Assembly (NCBI RefSeq): GCF_006345805.1 | Contig: NW_021837034.1 | Location: forward strand, 1-64,000 | Source of the DNA: Octopus sinensis | Lineage: Eukaryota | Reading direction: 5' to 3' | Length of the DNA: 64,000 nt | Shown here: positions 25,255 to 38,157 of the stretch, piece by piece | Numbering within the stretch: position 1 is the stretch's first letter | How the letters are laid out: every line of letters starts with the position of its first letter | Translations under genes and position numbers: made by a program | The notes under the pieces: model-generated | The model's database searches: none | Seen by the model: the letters and a program-made list of their open reading frames with translations, nothing else | What the model was told of the DNA's origin: nothing

Positions 25255-26652
25255 CGTATATATATATATATTTACACGTACCAACATATATGAATAAATA
25301 TAAATGTACATACATACAAAAAGTATTTTATTCTATTCCAGAATAAATATGTATTGAATCACAAGACGGTTTTTTGATATATTTTTACCTTTTTCTTACA
25401 ACATAAATACATATAAATCTACCTGTACAGAGAGACAGATAGATAGATGTGCCTAAATATATATATACCTATATTCATAAACAAACATGTACCTATATAT
25501 AGATATATATATATGTATAAACAAACTTGTATCTACATACATCATCATCATCGTTTAACGTCCGTTTTCCATGCTGGCATGGGTTTGATGGTTTGACCGG
25601 GGCACTGGCAAGCCAGTAGGCTATGCCAGGCTCCAATCTGATATATATATATATATACCTGTATTATACACATATTTATAATTATACCAATTATATATAT
25701 ATGTATGTATATCAATTATATACATATGTATACCATTTATATATATATATGTATACCAATTATATATATATATATATATATAAATATACATATATACCAA
25801 TTATATTTATATATACACACCTATATATAATATACATATATTTATATGTATACCAATATATATATATATATTATATATATATATATATATATACATACAC
25901 ACATACATAAGCATGTAAATACACACACACATACACATATATCCACACATACTCATAAATATATATATACATCTGTATAAAGATAGACATACTCATACAA
26001 AACCATAGTTATATACACCTGTAAAAACCATTCTGATACCCATTAGGCTATTGATAATGTATACAGGTGACGGCTTGTTTTATGTTTGTCTGTTGTTTCC
26101 TGCAAATCTCTTGTATCCTGCTTTTTTTCGGGTCATCGTTCGCTGAGATCTTAATTCTCGTCAGGTTAATAATCATGCTTAAGAAGTTTATACATTATGA
26201 AGGATTATGGCATCTTTACTTATACTATGCAGATATCTACCTATATAGCAATATGTGTGTGTGTGTGTGTTTATATTCAATCCAGAACACGTTTTTCAAA
26301 AATTGACCAAAAGCACAAAAACTGTCTTGCAAAAACGTTTGACATTCTGGTTTCTCTATATAATTTTTTTCAATAAATTGTTTACTTTGAAAAATGTTTT
26401 TCATTGAATATTGTGACTGTATCCAATATTTTTCAAAAACTTTTAAATCTGTGAGTGTGTGTGCATATATAATATATATATATACATATACACACGCACA
26501 CACACAGGTATATGATTTATAATCATACTAAAGACAGGACAGGTGATGGAACAACAAAGTGTATTAGTTTGACATTCCAGAAAAATTAAGATAGTCTTTG
26601 ATGTTTTGAGCTTATGGTAGGTGTATGTACCTGGGTAGATCAATGTGCGTGA

Positions 26653-26686
<34 letters not shown>

Positions 26687-26751
26687 ACATATACATACAT
26701 ATCTGTGGGGAGGGGTAAGTGTATGTGTGTATATATATATATATAATTTTA

Positions 26752-27062
26752 TTCTTTTACTTGTTTCAGTCATATGACTGTGGCCATGCTGGAGCACTGC
26801 CTTTAGTGGAATAAATCGACCCCAGGACTTATTCTATCAGTCTCTTTTGCCAAACTGCTAAGTTACGGAGACATAAACACACCAACATTGGTTGTGTATA
26901 TATATATACACGTCAGGCTTCTTTCAGTTTCCATCTATTAAATACACTCACAATGCTTTCTTCGGCTCTAGGCTATATAGTAGAAGACCCTTGTCCAACG
27001 TGCCATGCAGTGGGACTGAACCCGGAACCATGTCGTTGGGAAGCAAGCTTCTTACTACACAC
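26752..27062 (-). mobile_element. SINE family C
   Basis: CTTGTTTCAGTCAT..GGCCATGCTGGAGCAC..GGAAGCAAGCTTCTTAC. Confidence 0.88.
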
Positions 27063-27108
27063 CCTATATATATACATACATACATACACACTCACACATT
27101 TTATATAT

Positions 27109-27146
<38 letters not shown>

Positions 27147-27246
27147 GTCAATTCAAAGAACAAACAATTAAAGAGGGAGAAACAACGAACGTGAAGACGT
27201 GCACAAGAAATATATTAATTTGACGCTCGGTGAAAGGAGGAAGTTG

Positions 27247-27280
27247 TTAACGCTTCGAGCATAGCTCTTCGTCGGAAACA
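27247..27280 (-). ncRNA. Decayed minimal hammerhead ribozyme (third family)
   Basis: Minus strand reads CCGACGA-A-GAGC-uau-GCUC-GAA-GCGU-U. Helix II is intact, there are two core changes (U4C, A15.1G), and helix I is weak. Confidence 0.45.
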
Positions 27281-27890
27281 GTAAAGTCCAAAAATAAAGG
27301 GGAAAAAATCACCAACAATTCACGTGCGGTTACAGTTCTGAAGTATGCCTAAATGCGTATATATGTACCTATATATATATAGTTCTACATACACCTAATT
27401 ATATATATATATATATATGTGTGTGTATGTCTATCCATATATGCATTATACATGCGTGTATCTATCATCATTATTTAAGATCTAAACATCCATCAATGTT
27501 ATACGTGTGTGTGTGCATATCTGTATGTAAATATGTACATATTAAAGTGTGGACAAGAAAACGGTGATGATTAGGGCAAAGGAGCTAAAAAGGGCCTCAG
27601 TTATGAAGTAGCATTTCATTCTATCGACCCCGAAAGTAGACCTCGACAAGAATTGAACTCGGAACTTAAAGAGCCAGAAGAGACATCAAAACCGTAACAA
27701 GACAAACACACACACACACACACACATCGTTTTCTTACACATGTCCGTAAATATACATACTCCTATATATACCCGTCAACCTTTATAAACATGCACACAT
27801 CCATACATACACACCTCGAGTTACCCACATACTTTTATGTACAGATATCAAAATACACACACACACATATCATTATTTATATACAATTAA

Positions 27891-28270
27891 GCAGGAGTGG
27901 CTGAGTGGTAAGTAGCTTGTTTACCAACCACATGGTTCCGGGTTCAGTCCCACTGCGTGGCACCTTGGGCAAGTGTCTTCTACTATAGCCTCGGGCCGAC
28001 CAAAGCCTTGTGAGTGGATTTGGTAGACGGAAACTGAAAGAAGCCCGTCGTATATATGTATATATGCATGTGTGTATTTGTGTGTGTCCCCCTAGCATTG
28101 CTTGGCAACCGATGCTGGTGTGTTTATGTCCCCGTTACTTAGCGGTTCGGCAAAAGAGACCGATAGAATAAGTAATGGGCTTACAAAAGAATAAGTCCCG
28201 GGGTCGAGTTGCTCGATTAAAGACGGTGCTCCAGCATGGCTGCAGTCAAATGACTGAAACAAGTAAAAGA
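27891..28270 (+). mobile_element. SINE family C, full length
   Basis: Co-linear with 10547-10923. Confidence 0.92.
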
Positions 28271-29478
28271 AAGAATATGTCCGGTCTCAGAGTGACCAAT
28301 GGTTGTATGTATATATAGCCCGGGGCTTACAGCAGTGGGACTCAGTCAAATGTGCCGCAAGGTGGAACAGAAACCGAAGCCACGTGGTTCCAATATACGT
28401 TATATTATTAGATGTCAAATATCTTCACAGGTACACAAATTTATTGGAAGATGGTTTCGTTCAATCATCTCTTGGAATTCTTAGAATTTTTTTTAATCGG
28501 GTAAAAAAAAAAAAAGCAAAAGAGAACTAGACTTTACGTAACATTTAATTATGCCGAAGTTACACACACACCTGAAATTATATACATTATATATATACAT
28601 ACACACAGCCATAAATATATACATATATATATATATTATATATATATATATACTCCCATAAATATACATATATAAATATATACTCCTATAAATATACATA
28701 TACACACATAACTATACATATATACACATTATGTGTATATATATATATATATATGCATGTGCACACATACATGTGCATTTACATATAGATACATGTACTT
28801 TTATATATATATACACACACACAGATACATACATATACACATACACACATACATACATCGATACATACAAATATATATATACACACACATACATCGATAC
28901 ATACGTGCATATATATATACACACATGGACACACATATACAAGTACATTTATATATCAATATATTATATATATAAACACATTGATACATGTACAAATATA
29001 TTTATACACACACACACATACAGACGTACAGGTATATACATATATGTATACATATATACAGACATACACAAATGCAAACACACACACACATATGTCGCGC
29101 TTTCAGTTTGTGATTTATAAACCGAAACTAGAGAAATTTGCAATGAGACTTATTCAGCAATGTCCAAATAGCCTTCCCCTACGCCCGGTTCCTTTTTTAC
29201 ATATATATATAGATAGTTTGAAGAATTTTTTCAAATTTCTATTTATCAAGTTCCGAGACTCAGATTCTGCCTCGGCCTCTCGCACCACCCCCTCATAAAA
29301 AAGAAAGAGACAAAACGAAAAATAATAAAAAAAAAAAAGCTTTAAATGCTTTTGGAAAATTTTTTTGGTGGACGTAGGAAGGGAGCCAAACTCCACGTTT
29401 CTAAATTTCAATTCCGATTGCTTAGGATAATTTTCCACTTAAAATTGAATTGATGATCCTAAATCGATCAATATATAT

Positions 29479-29556
29479 GGATAACTGATCAATCGTATAT
29501 AACTTGGATATGTTTCGACCAAAGATTATTATATATATATAATTGATCAGTTATCC
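29479..29556. repeat. Perfect 15-bp inverted repeat
   Basis: GGATAACTGATCAAT (29479-93) and ATTGATCAGTTATCC (29542-56). Confidence 0.85.
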
Positions 29557-29591
29557 TTAAGTCAGAGGAAGACAGAATCTAAACGATTATA

Positions 29592-29762
29592 CTTTTATAG
29601 TGTCGAATAGCATATTCCTGGTAATGGCATATAACCGGTCAGAAAGTTACCAGTGGTTTTGATTGTCGGTATCGCCAAGTGCAAATTAATAGACGCGAAA
29701 CCGATTGTAACTTTTTGACCGGTTATAGACCACCAGGAATATACTGCCCATCAATATAAAAG
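29592..29762. repeat. Foldback element (~170 bp, ~60-bp imperfect arms)
   Basis: CTTTTATA..CATATTCCTGGT..ATAACCGGTCAGAAAGTTAC pairs with GTAACTTTTTGACCGGTTAT..ACCAGGAATATAC..TATAAAAG. Confidence 0.8.
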
Positions 29763-29773
29763 CATGTCTCTTT

Positions 29774-29873
<100 letters not shown>

Positions 29874-30899
29874 GTATGTAATGATCAACAATAAGGCGGC
29901 AAACTGACAATCGTTAGAGCTCCTATACATCGCATGCTGGCCAGCCTTCGTTCTGGTCTCCACGCTCTGATTTCAAATCCCAGAGAGAAACAGTTTAGCT
30001 TTTTCATCCATTCGGTATTGCGATCGTTATCTCCCCCCCCTCTCTCTCTCCTTACTGTCCTTTTCACTCTCACACAATCTCTCTGTCTCTCTCTCTCTCT
30101 CTAAAAGAAACCGCTCGGTTTAAATGTCATGAAAGACACCCCAACCGATCCCATCAGGAGTTTAGGGTCAAATGCTAAGCCAATGATATACGTATGTATA
30201 CGTGTGCGTATAGTATATATACACACACATATACACGTAGGTATATGTAGGTTACATACGGAGCTATTGATTGATTTCAATTAACTAAAACTTTTTGAAA
30301 TATACGTGAGCAGGTGCGCATACACACACACACAGACTTTATCCACTATACAATATGACAGATTTTAAAATAGTTATGTACCACCTATAAATAGTAACTA
30401 GATAAACATCGCACACACATCTTGGGAAAGTGCCTTCTACTATGGCCCCGGGCTGACCAAAGCCTTGTGAGTGAATTTGCTAAATTGTGTGGAAGTGTAG
30501 TATACTAGCATACGTGAGCGTGTGTGTGTGCGTGTTAGTCTCCACCACGCCGCTTAACCAGTGTTAGTCTGTTTATGTCCCTGTAACTAGCGGTTCCGAA
30601 AGGATAAGTACCAGGGACGATTTGTTCAACTAAGGCTTTAAGGTGGTGCTCCAGTATGACTACAGTCCAATGACTGAAACAACACACACACATATATATA
30701 TATATATATACACACACACATACATACATACATATACACACACACACACATATATATACATATACACACATACACATATATATACATATACACACATACA
30801 CATATATATACATATACACACATATACATATATATACACACACACATTTATCTATATACGCATATACACACACACACACACACACATATATATACACAC

Positions 30900-32111
30900 A
30901 CACACACATATATATATATATACATATATACACACACACACATATATATATACGCATATATGCACACACAGACACATATATATATGTACACACATACACA
31001 CATATATATGTATGGCGGAGACACACACAATTAGAAACGCGTGTGAATAATCATTTGGATGAACGAAAGCGAATCATGCGGTTTTTATTCGTGAATTACA
31101 TGTCTGAGACAATGTGGGTTTCGACAAACGAGCGATTGATTGTTTTGTATGTGAATGTGTGTGTATGTATGTATGTCTCAGTAAGAAAGAAAGAGAGAGA
31201 GAGAAAAAGAACCATGTATGTTTAATTTAATATATATAAATTCTACATAAACATATGTGACAATGTTTGAATATGTATGTGTGTGTGTGTATAAGAACAA
31301 CAGACTTTCTAAAAGATGTCCATAGAAGATATCGCTAACGGCACCCAATGAATTCTGGCTTTATCAGTACCTCAGCCTTTCCAGTGTCGCGCTAATGCTA
31401 ATTACGACTCCTGAGCCAGCAGACAAAATCGAAAAGGCGATGACACATTTGCAAGGGGGCCCCTTTAATATTATCGATCACACACTCACACAAACACACA
31501 CACACACCACACATATATATATATACATATATATACACACACACACATATATATATACGCATATACACACACACAGACACATATATATATATATATATAC
31601 ACACATACACACATATATATGTATGGCGGAGACACACACAATTAGAAACGCGTGTGAATAATCATTTGGATGAACGAAAGCGAATCATGCGGTTTTTATT
31701 CGTGAATTACATGTCTGAGACAATGTGTGTTTCGACAAACGAGCGATTGATTGTTTTGTATGTGAATGTGTGTGTATGTATGTATGTCTCAGTAAGAAAG
31801 AAAGAGAGAGAGAGAAAAAGAACCATGTATGTTTAATTTAATATATATAAATTCTACATAAACATATGTGACAATGTTTGAATATGTATGTGTGTGTGTG
31901 TATAAGAACAACAGACTTTCTAAAAGATGTCCATAGAAGATATCGCTAACGGCACCCAATGAATTCTGGCTTTATCAGTACCTCAGCCTTTCCAGTGTCG
32001 CGCTAATGCTAATTACGACTCCTGAGCCAGCAGACAAAATCGAAAAGGCGATGACACATTTGCAAGGGGGCCCCTTTAATATTATCGATCACACACTCAC
32101 ACAAACACACA
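30900..32111. repeat. 611-bp tandem segmental duplication
   Basis: 31011-31500 is near-identical to 31622-32111. Identical ORF translations recur 611 bp apart in the track. Confidence 0.95.
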
Positions 32112-32480
32112 CACACACATATATATACATCCATCCATACAATAAGCACCGATATATCTCTTGGCAGCTGTGTTCAATTTTCTTTTTCGTACTTTTGTTT
32201 CCTTCTCAACATGATGCGATGGATGAACTGACACAAGTGACAATATACGATGATGAGATAATAATGAACGTATAGTGCTATGGATATAAATAACATATAC
32301 GTTGGTATAAATTAAATAAAATGCATGTAATAATATATATAAACACTTAAAAGCGCCAGAAGGCTCCAACGTAATTAAATCGCATCTTTTTTTTTCTTTT
32401 AATGTTGGTATCCAGGCTGGAGAAGCCGTTGGGTCGAGGATTAACATGCCTAGTGTACAGCATATCGGCGGTAACATACG

Positions 32481-32511
<31 letters not shown>

Positions 32512-32650
32512 CATAAATGTATACACTAGAACACATGGTTAACCGAAGTAAATACACAGACACACACACATGTACCTAACTAGACATCGATCGTTTGACC
32601 GGTTAGAAATAGCAGACAAATCTCCCAAAAGGAAGGACGGACTCCTAGGA

Positions 32651-32956
32651 TAATACCTATTTCTTTATTACCCACAAGGGGCTAAACACAGAGGGAACAA
32701 ACAAGGACAGACATAGGTATTAAGTCGATCACATCGACCCCAGTGCGTAACTGGTACTTAATTTATCGACCCCGAAAGGATGAAAAGCCAAGTCGACCTC
32801 GGCTAATACCTATTTCTTTATTACCCACAAGGGGCTAAACACAGAGGGAACAAACAAGGACAGACATAGGTATTAAGTCGATTACATCGACCCCAGTGCG
32901 TAACTGGTACTTAATTTATCGACCCCGAAAGGATGAAAGGCAAAGTCGACCTCGGC
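32651..32956 (-). mobile_element. Tandem 153-bp duplication of a partial family A SINE
   Basis: Near-identical units start TAATACC at 32651 and 32804, with a third TAATACC at 32957. Confidence 0.9.
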
Positions 32957-34059
32957 TAATACCGTCTTGGATGCACAAGGATTGAAGGGGAAAAAAGAAG
33001 GAAATACGGGGTGATGAGGGCTTCAAACGTCTTTGAATATACGTCTGTCTGCTCGTATTAGGGCTCATGTAGGGAACACCAGCATCACCCAACATATTTA
33101 TACAGGTACGGGGTAATGAGGATAAAACGCGCGCAGACATAAAAACACTTATTTCTCAGGATCGGAGGGTACATGTTAAGTGAAAGACACACACCTACAT
33201 GAATACATGTAGACATCCAGAATGAAAGAGAGAATGAAATTCGTTTATACTTAAGATAAATAATACGATAATACTACAATTAATTGTGATAATAATAATA
33301 TACACACTCGATCCACGCGCGCACCTACAAATGAATTACAGCTAAGGGTTAATTAATATATACACATATTGAGAGAAAATGAAACACATTTGGAATATAT
33401 AACATTGTATAAATACATTCGACATACATAGAAAAAAATTCAAATTAGGTACTTGAAGATTTGGGATAAATTTCTCCACTTTTTCTTTTTTCTTAATAAA
33501 CTTTGTTATAAAAAAAAACAAACAAAAAGAAAAAATAATGTAAAACAATAAAAAAAACTTACCTAACAAATTAATGTTTTTATCTTTTTTTTTTTTAATC
33601 CTCAATAAATCGGTTATAAAAAAAGCAATAAACTTTGATGTGATTGTTTTTCTCCTGTCTATGATAATTTTTCCCTGCGTTAGCGTGTATCAATAATAAT
33701 AATAATAGAATTAAATAATAATAAGTCCTGCTTGGTGTTCACAATTGCATCCTCTTAATTTGCGAACACCAGTCTCGGCTATTTATGGCAATAGTCGGCA
33801 GACCTAACTAACCGATCACAACTAAAGCACAGTTCCACACACGAAAAACTTAACGTGGAACACGAATCCTATTCAAAAACTAAAAAATATATTTAATTAA
33901 TGGCCAAAATAAACTTTTAACTTGTTTTTAGCATATTTCAGCGATGGATTCTTTCACTTTAAATAAAACCCACAGCCACAGTAGCAACTCCGTTGTTATG
34001 CATCGGTTTTGACTTGCCATTAGTGAACCAAGTCCAGGGGGCGCTTTGTCTTTTTTATT

Positions 34060-34660
34060 ATTTTGTTAACTTTTTGTTTTCTCTCCCCCTCTCACTCTGA
34101 CTCTCTTTCTTTCTCTCTCTCTCCCTTTCACTCTCTTTGTATTCCTTTCTTTTTCCCTCTCACTTCCCTTTTCTTTTTCTATCTCTGTTCCTCGCACTCT
34201 TTTTCTCCCGTTCTGTTTCTTGGCTTCTCTTTTCCTCACTCACTCTCACATTGATTCTCTTTCTCTCTCTCTCACACACTCTCTTTATCTCTTTGTAGCT
34301 CACTCTTTCTCTTTCTCTCGTTACCCCTCTCTACCTCTTTGTCTTTCTCTCACCTGCTCTCTCTCCTTCTCTCACGCACACTCTTTTTTCTCCCCTTCTT
34401 CCTCTCTTTATCTTTCTCCTTCTCGTTAAGGGGAGATCACCACGGCTCATCACCCATTCACTCTCGCGCTTCTTCACCTACAAACCATCGCCTTCTACAA
34501 TTGTTCCTTTCACTCCCACTCACTCTACACCTTTACCTCTTTCTCCCTCTCTCTCTCTCCCCCTCTTCTACATCTTCCTGCCTTTCTCTCTACCTCTGCC
34601 TCATCCTCCTTCCTTCCAGCTACTTCATATTTACTCATAAATATATCTATCTTTCTACCT
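34060..34660. repeat. Polypyrimidine (CT-rich) tract
   Basis: About 600 bp of degenerate (CT)n. A purine-rich counterpart lies at 60660-60910. Confidence 0.9.
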
Positions 34661-35265
34661 ACACACAACAACGAAAAAAAGCCAAAAAGTAACCACAGCA
34701 TCTCGGACATTACATTTCATCACAAAAAGGTTACGTATATTTTAGATTACTAAATATTACCCCTAAACCATCATCATAACTCTTTTCGTAGTTAAAATAA
34801 TTACCTTTAATTACATCTCGTTATCGTCTGTTTCGTATCTTCCACCATTTTGTCTCTACCACGCCTGGACTCGCCGAGGAGAAGCGACGGTGAATCATTT
34901 TTAACCTTTATTTCTATCAATTTTCACCCATAAATAATCGTTCTATTTTTACATTTCAATGCTAAACCCTCCTTTTTTTATTTGAAATACCTTAAAAGCC
35001 CTTCATAGTTTCAGTATCCATAATAACACCCCATCAGCGATCGTCTTGTCACGTTTGAGTTTCTCATTCGTAATTTCCCTCCTTAAATATATTTGTTTTT
35101 GTTTTAAATATTTACCATTTAATTAATTACCATTATTACATAATTGACACTGGTTATAATGACAATTGATTCTCTTTTTATAACGGTGGATCTTGGAGTA
35201 CATAGAACTATAAATAATAATAACTGTAGATATTGGAATCCTTTTAAACTGCTTCTAACCATTCC

Positions 35266-35611
35266 AAGTTCTTCAAATTTTCACCAGATTATTATTATTA
35301 TTTTATTTAATTGTAGCTTTTGCATGCAGCTGATGATTGTCGCAATTCATTCTTCCTAGAAATTAATAATAAAGAAGTTACATTTAAAAGGTACTACTAG
35401 CCAACAGTGGTCCCGGTGCGCGCACTCGCGCAAGCTAGTCGTGACTAATTCGATCCTACAACGACTACGTAACAAAGTAAATAACACGCAAAAACACAAA
35501 GTAAGGATCGACTAGTCATGACTAGCTAGCGCGTGCACGCACTGGGACCACTGTTCGCTAGTAGTACCCATTTAAAAAATAATAATAATCAGGTGAAAAT
35601 TTGAAAAACTT
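35266..35611. repeat. Nested foldback (MITE-like) element upstream of SF3B5
   Basis: Inner arms 35390-35459 / 35501-35568 are ~70-bp imperfect inverted repeats. Outer arms 35266-35296 / 35581-35611 match at 29 of 31 positions. Confidence 0.88.
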
Positions 35612-36097
35612 CAGGTTGTTATAAGAATTTAACAAAATGCAAATATTGAGTTGAAAATCCCTTTGATGGAAGAATAAGTCGAAGGCTGCTCCTGAGACTC
35701 GAACCCACATCTGTAAACAAGCGCAGCTTTCGATTTTTTCTATCCGAAACGATTTTCAACCAATATTTACATACTGTTTATTTATAGCTTTATCTGCTTC
35801 GAGAACCACTATTACAAGAAATTATTGCAAGTTCTCTCGAAAGTTTATCTAGTCTAATGATCGTGTTATTTTATTTATTTATTTGCTATGTTTATGGTGT
35901 TTTGTTTTTGTTTTTTCACAGACAATTTGGAATCGAAGACGTCCAATAATAAACTTTCAAATCAAGAAGTGGAAGGTGTAAGCAAAATATAATATTTTAA
36001 GCCGCATATAAAAACATCGCAGCGACTCGAATTTCTACTACTACTACTACTACTGCGGCCACTGCTGTTGTTATATAGTGTTATCTCTGTCGTCGCC

Positions 36098-36355
36098 ATG
36101 GGTGATCGATACAACATCCACAGCCAGTTGGAACATCTGCAATCGAAATACATCGGAACTGGACACGCGGATACAAATAAATGGGAATGGCTGACGAATC
36201 AACACAGGGACAGCTACGCTTCCTACCTTGGCCATTTTGATATGCTCAATTATTTCTCGCTGGTGGAAAACGAATCGAAGGCTCGCGTCCGTTTCAATCT
36301 GATGGAAAAAATGGTACAGCCATGTGGTCCGCCTCCCGAAAGACCAGAAGATTAA
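36098..36355 (+). CDS. SF3B5: Splicing factor 3B subunit 5 (SF3b10), 85 aa, uninterrupted CDS
   Basis: MGDRYNIHSQLEHLQSKYIGTGHADTNKWEWLTNQHRDSYASYLGHFDMLNYFSLVENESKARVRFNLMEKMVQPCGPPPERPED matches the highly conserved SF3B5 family over its full length. The ATG at 36098 is in a strong Kozak context (GCCATGG) and the TAA ends at 36355. Confidence 0.97.
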   Translation: MGDRYNIHSQLEHLQSKYIGTGHADTNKWEWLTNQHRDSYASYLGHFDMLNYFSLVENESKARVRFNLMEKMVQPCGPPPERPED

Positions 36356-36743
36356 ATCACATCGGACTCTAATCCCCACCCCTCTTTTTTTTTTATCTTA
36401 TATGTATATATAAATATTTTTTTTTTTCAATTTCATTCATATTTTCTTATCATTTTACAATTGTTAATTTTTTCTCTTTCTCCCGCCATCTTCATTTCAC
36501 ACACATAGACATATTGACACATGCGTTTGTAATTGTCCGGCCCAGTTTCGATCTCAACTAATATTTTTCAGATATGTCCAGTGGCTTTTAGCTCAGTCGA
36601 ATCACCCAGTCATTTAAGAATATTAATTAAAAACTACTTATTTCAGTCATGTTGCTACAGCCCTTACATACGACATTTATCAATTCACACACACTTTCTC
36701 TCTCTCTCTCTCTCTCTCTAAAAAAAAAACATAGGACCTAAAT

Positions 36744-36749
36744 AATAAA
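36744..36749 (+). terminator. Candidate polyadenylation signal of SF3B5
   Basis: AATAAA about 390 nt downstream of the SF3B5 stop. The region is AT-rich, so it may be chance. Confidence 0.3.
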
Positions 36750-37571
36750 TAAAAATATGAAAATACAGGCTTCGCACTCACGAAAACAACAACAGTCTTA
36801 AAGAAGAAGGGACACATTGCTTTAATTCAGTTATATTAATGTGGGAAAAAGATGAAGTGGACTTTAGAATGCTTTATATATCTGTTCCGAGTTGACCTGG
36901 AGCTAAGCAACAAGAAGCTAAAATTAACCATCAACGCGATGGCGTGTCCAATCCATCTGCAGTTAAGGCTGGAGGTGAGAGAGCACGGCCGTAAGCCATT
37001 TTCACTTTCACTTTAAGCCTGGTTGGGTGTCTTCAGAATGAACACAAATGTCTCGGCGTCTCCTGTTTTATTGTGTCATTGCAGTTAAGGGCCTGTGTGT
37101 ACGAAACCACTATTTACTCTAAAACTAGCCACCATCACTAAAACTCCTCCCGCTACTCAGTGCTATTGTAAACAAACTCACGCACGCACTCACCAACGAA
37201 CGGTTCCAGCGGACTTGGCGGTTTGTTTATTTACATATTACAAAAGCAGCAGAACGTGACTGATTCATTGTCATGGGCCTTTATTGATATTAGTTTTAGC
37301 TACAGCAATTTTTGTTTTCTTTTCAATATCTACCATAATCATTTTGAGTTTTTATTTATTCATTTTTTTTTATTAAGATCGTTATATTAATAATTTTACT
37401 TAGAAAGTTCAAACACAAATACATTTACATATATTTTTTTTTAATTCATATTTGTCAATTTATCAATAAACCTTGTCATTTGAGCAAAGATTTTTATCAT
37501 CTGGACTTCAAATGTTTTCCTTTGATTTCCTTCAGATGTTTTAAGTGTCTTTTTCTTCTTATTTTTTCTTT

Positions 37572-37800
37572 GGAGGCACATGGCTTAGTGGTTAAAGTGT
37601 TGGACTCTTGATCATAAGATTGTGGTTTCAATTCCTGGGCCTGACATTGCATTGTATTCTTGAACATAACACTTCGTTTCACATTGCTCCAGTAGACTCA
37701 GCTACAAAAAGTTAGTAATCCTGCAACTGACCAGCTTCCCCTTCCAGGGGAGTCAGGGTATATATGTCAGAGAATCCAGGCAGTTTGCCCTATTAGCCTT
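37572..37800 (+). mobile_element. tRNA-derived SINE family E (CORE-like)
   Basis: GGAGGCACATGGCTTAGTGGTTAAAGTGTTGGACTC..GGTTTCAATTCC..TTCTTGAACATAACACTTC..TTGCTCCAGTAGACTCAGCT. Related copies lie at 14757(+), 21073(+), 44545(-), 54720(-) and 57855(-). Confidence 0.8.
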
Positions 37801-38157
37801 TTATGACTCAGGAAAGAGCTTTATCCTTTGATCCACCCCCACCCCCATTTTTAAAGTTTGCTCTCGAAGATGTTACACCTGTGACTATATCATTGTGGAC
37901 ACTGGGCTTGGTGTGGTCGATGTAGTGAAGGAATTTCAGGGAGAGGAAACAAACACTTAAATCAGTGGGTCTCAACCAGGGTCCACGTAAGATTCCACTG
38001 TTAAAATTTAAGTGCATTTAAATTGGTTGTACATCTACAATACACAAAGTGTTTTTACAATTTTTTTATGTACAATTCCCAACAATATTTAATAATAAAA
38101 GTGTAATGTGGCTTTTTAAACATGAAATGGCTATGAGTGTCCATCTGCAAAAATCAT

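Noticed and set aside
32916-33140. 74-aa minus-strand ORF with a possible donor
   Set aside because: No homology recognised. Its C-terminus runs into a SINE, and an equally plausible + strand mini-exon overlaps it.
34034-34045. CCAGGGGGCGCT CTCF-like motif
   Set aside because: The 5' CC(A/G) part of the consensus is mismatched; a single partial hit in 64 kb is expected by chance.
35681-35730. Pol III B-box / T-arm (GGGTTCGAGTCTC, minus strand) near the SF3B5 promoter
   Set aside because: No A-box, D-arm or acceptor stem, so it is not a tRNA. At most a decayed SINE head.
36068-36097. 10-aa N-terminal extension of SF3B5 in the ORF track
   Set aside because: It starts at a TTG. The conserved family N-terminus and Kozak ATG are at 36098.
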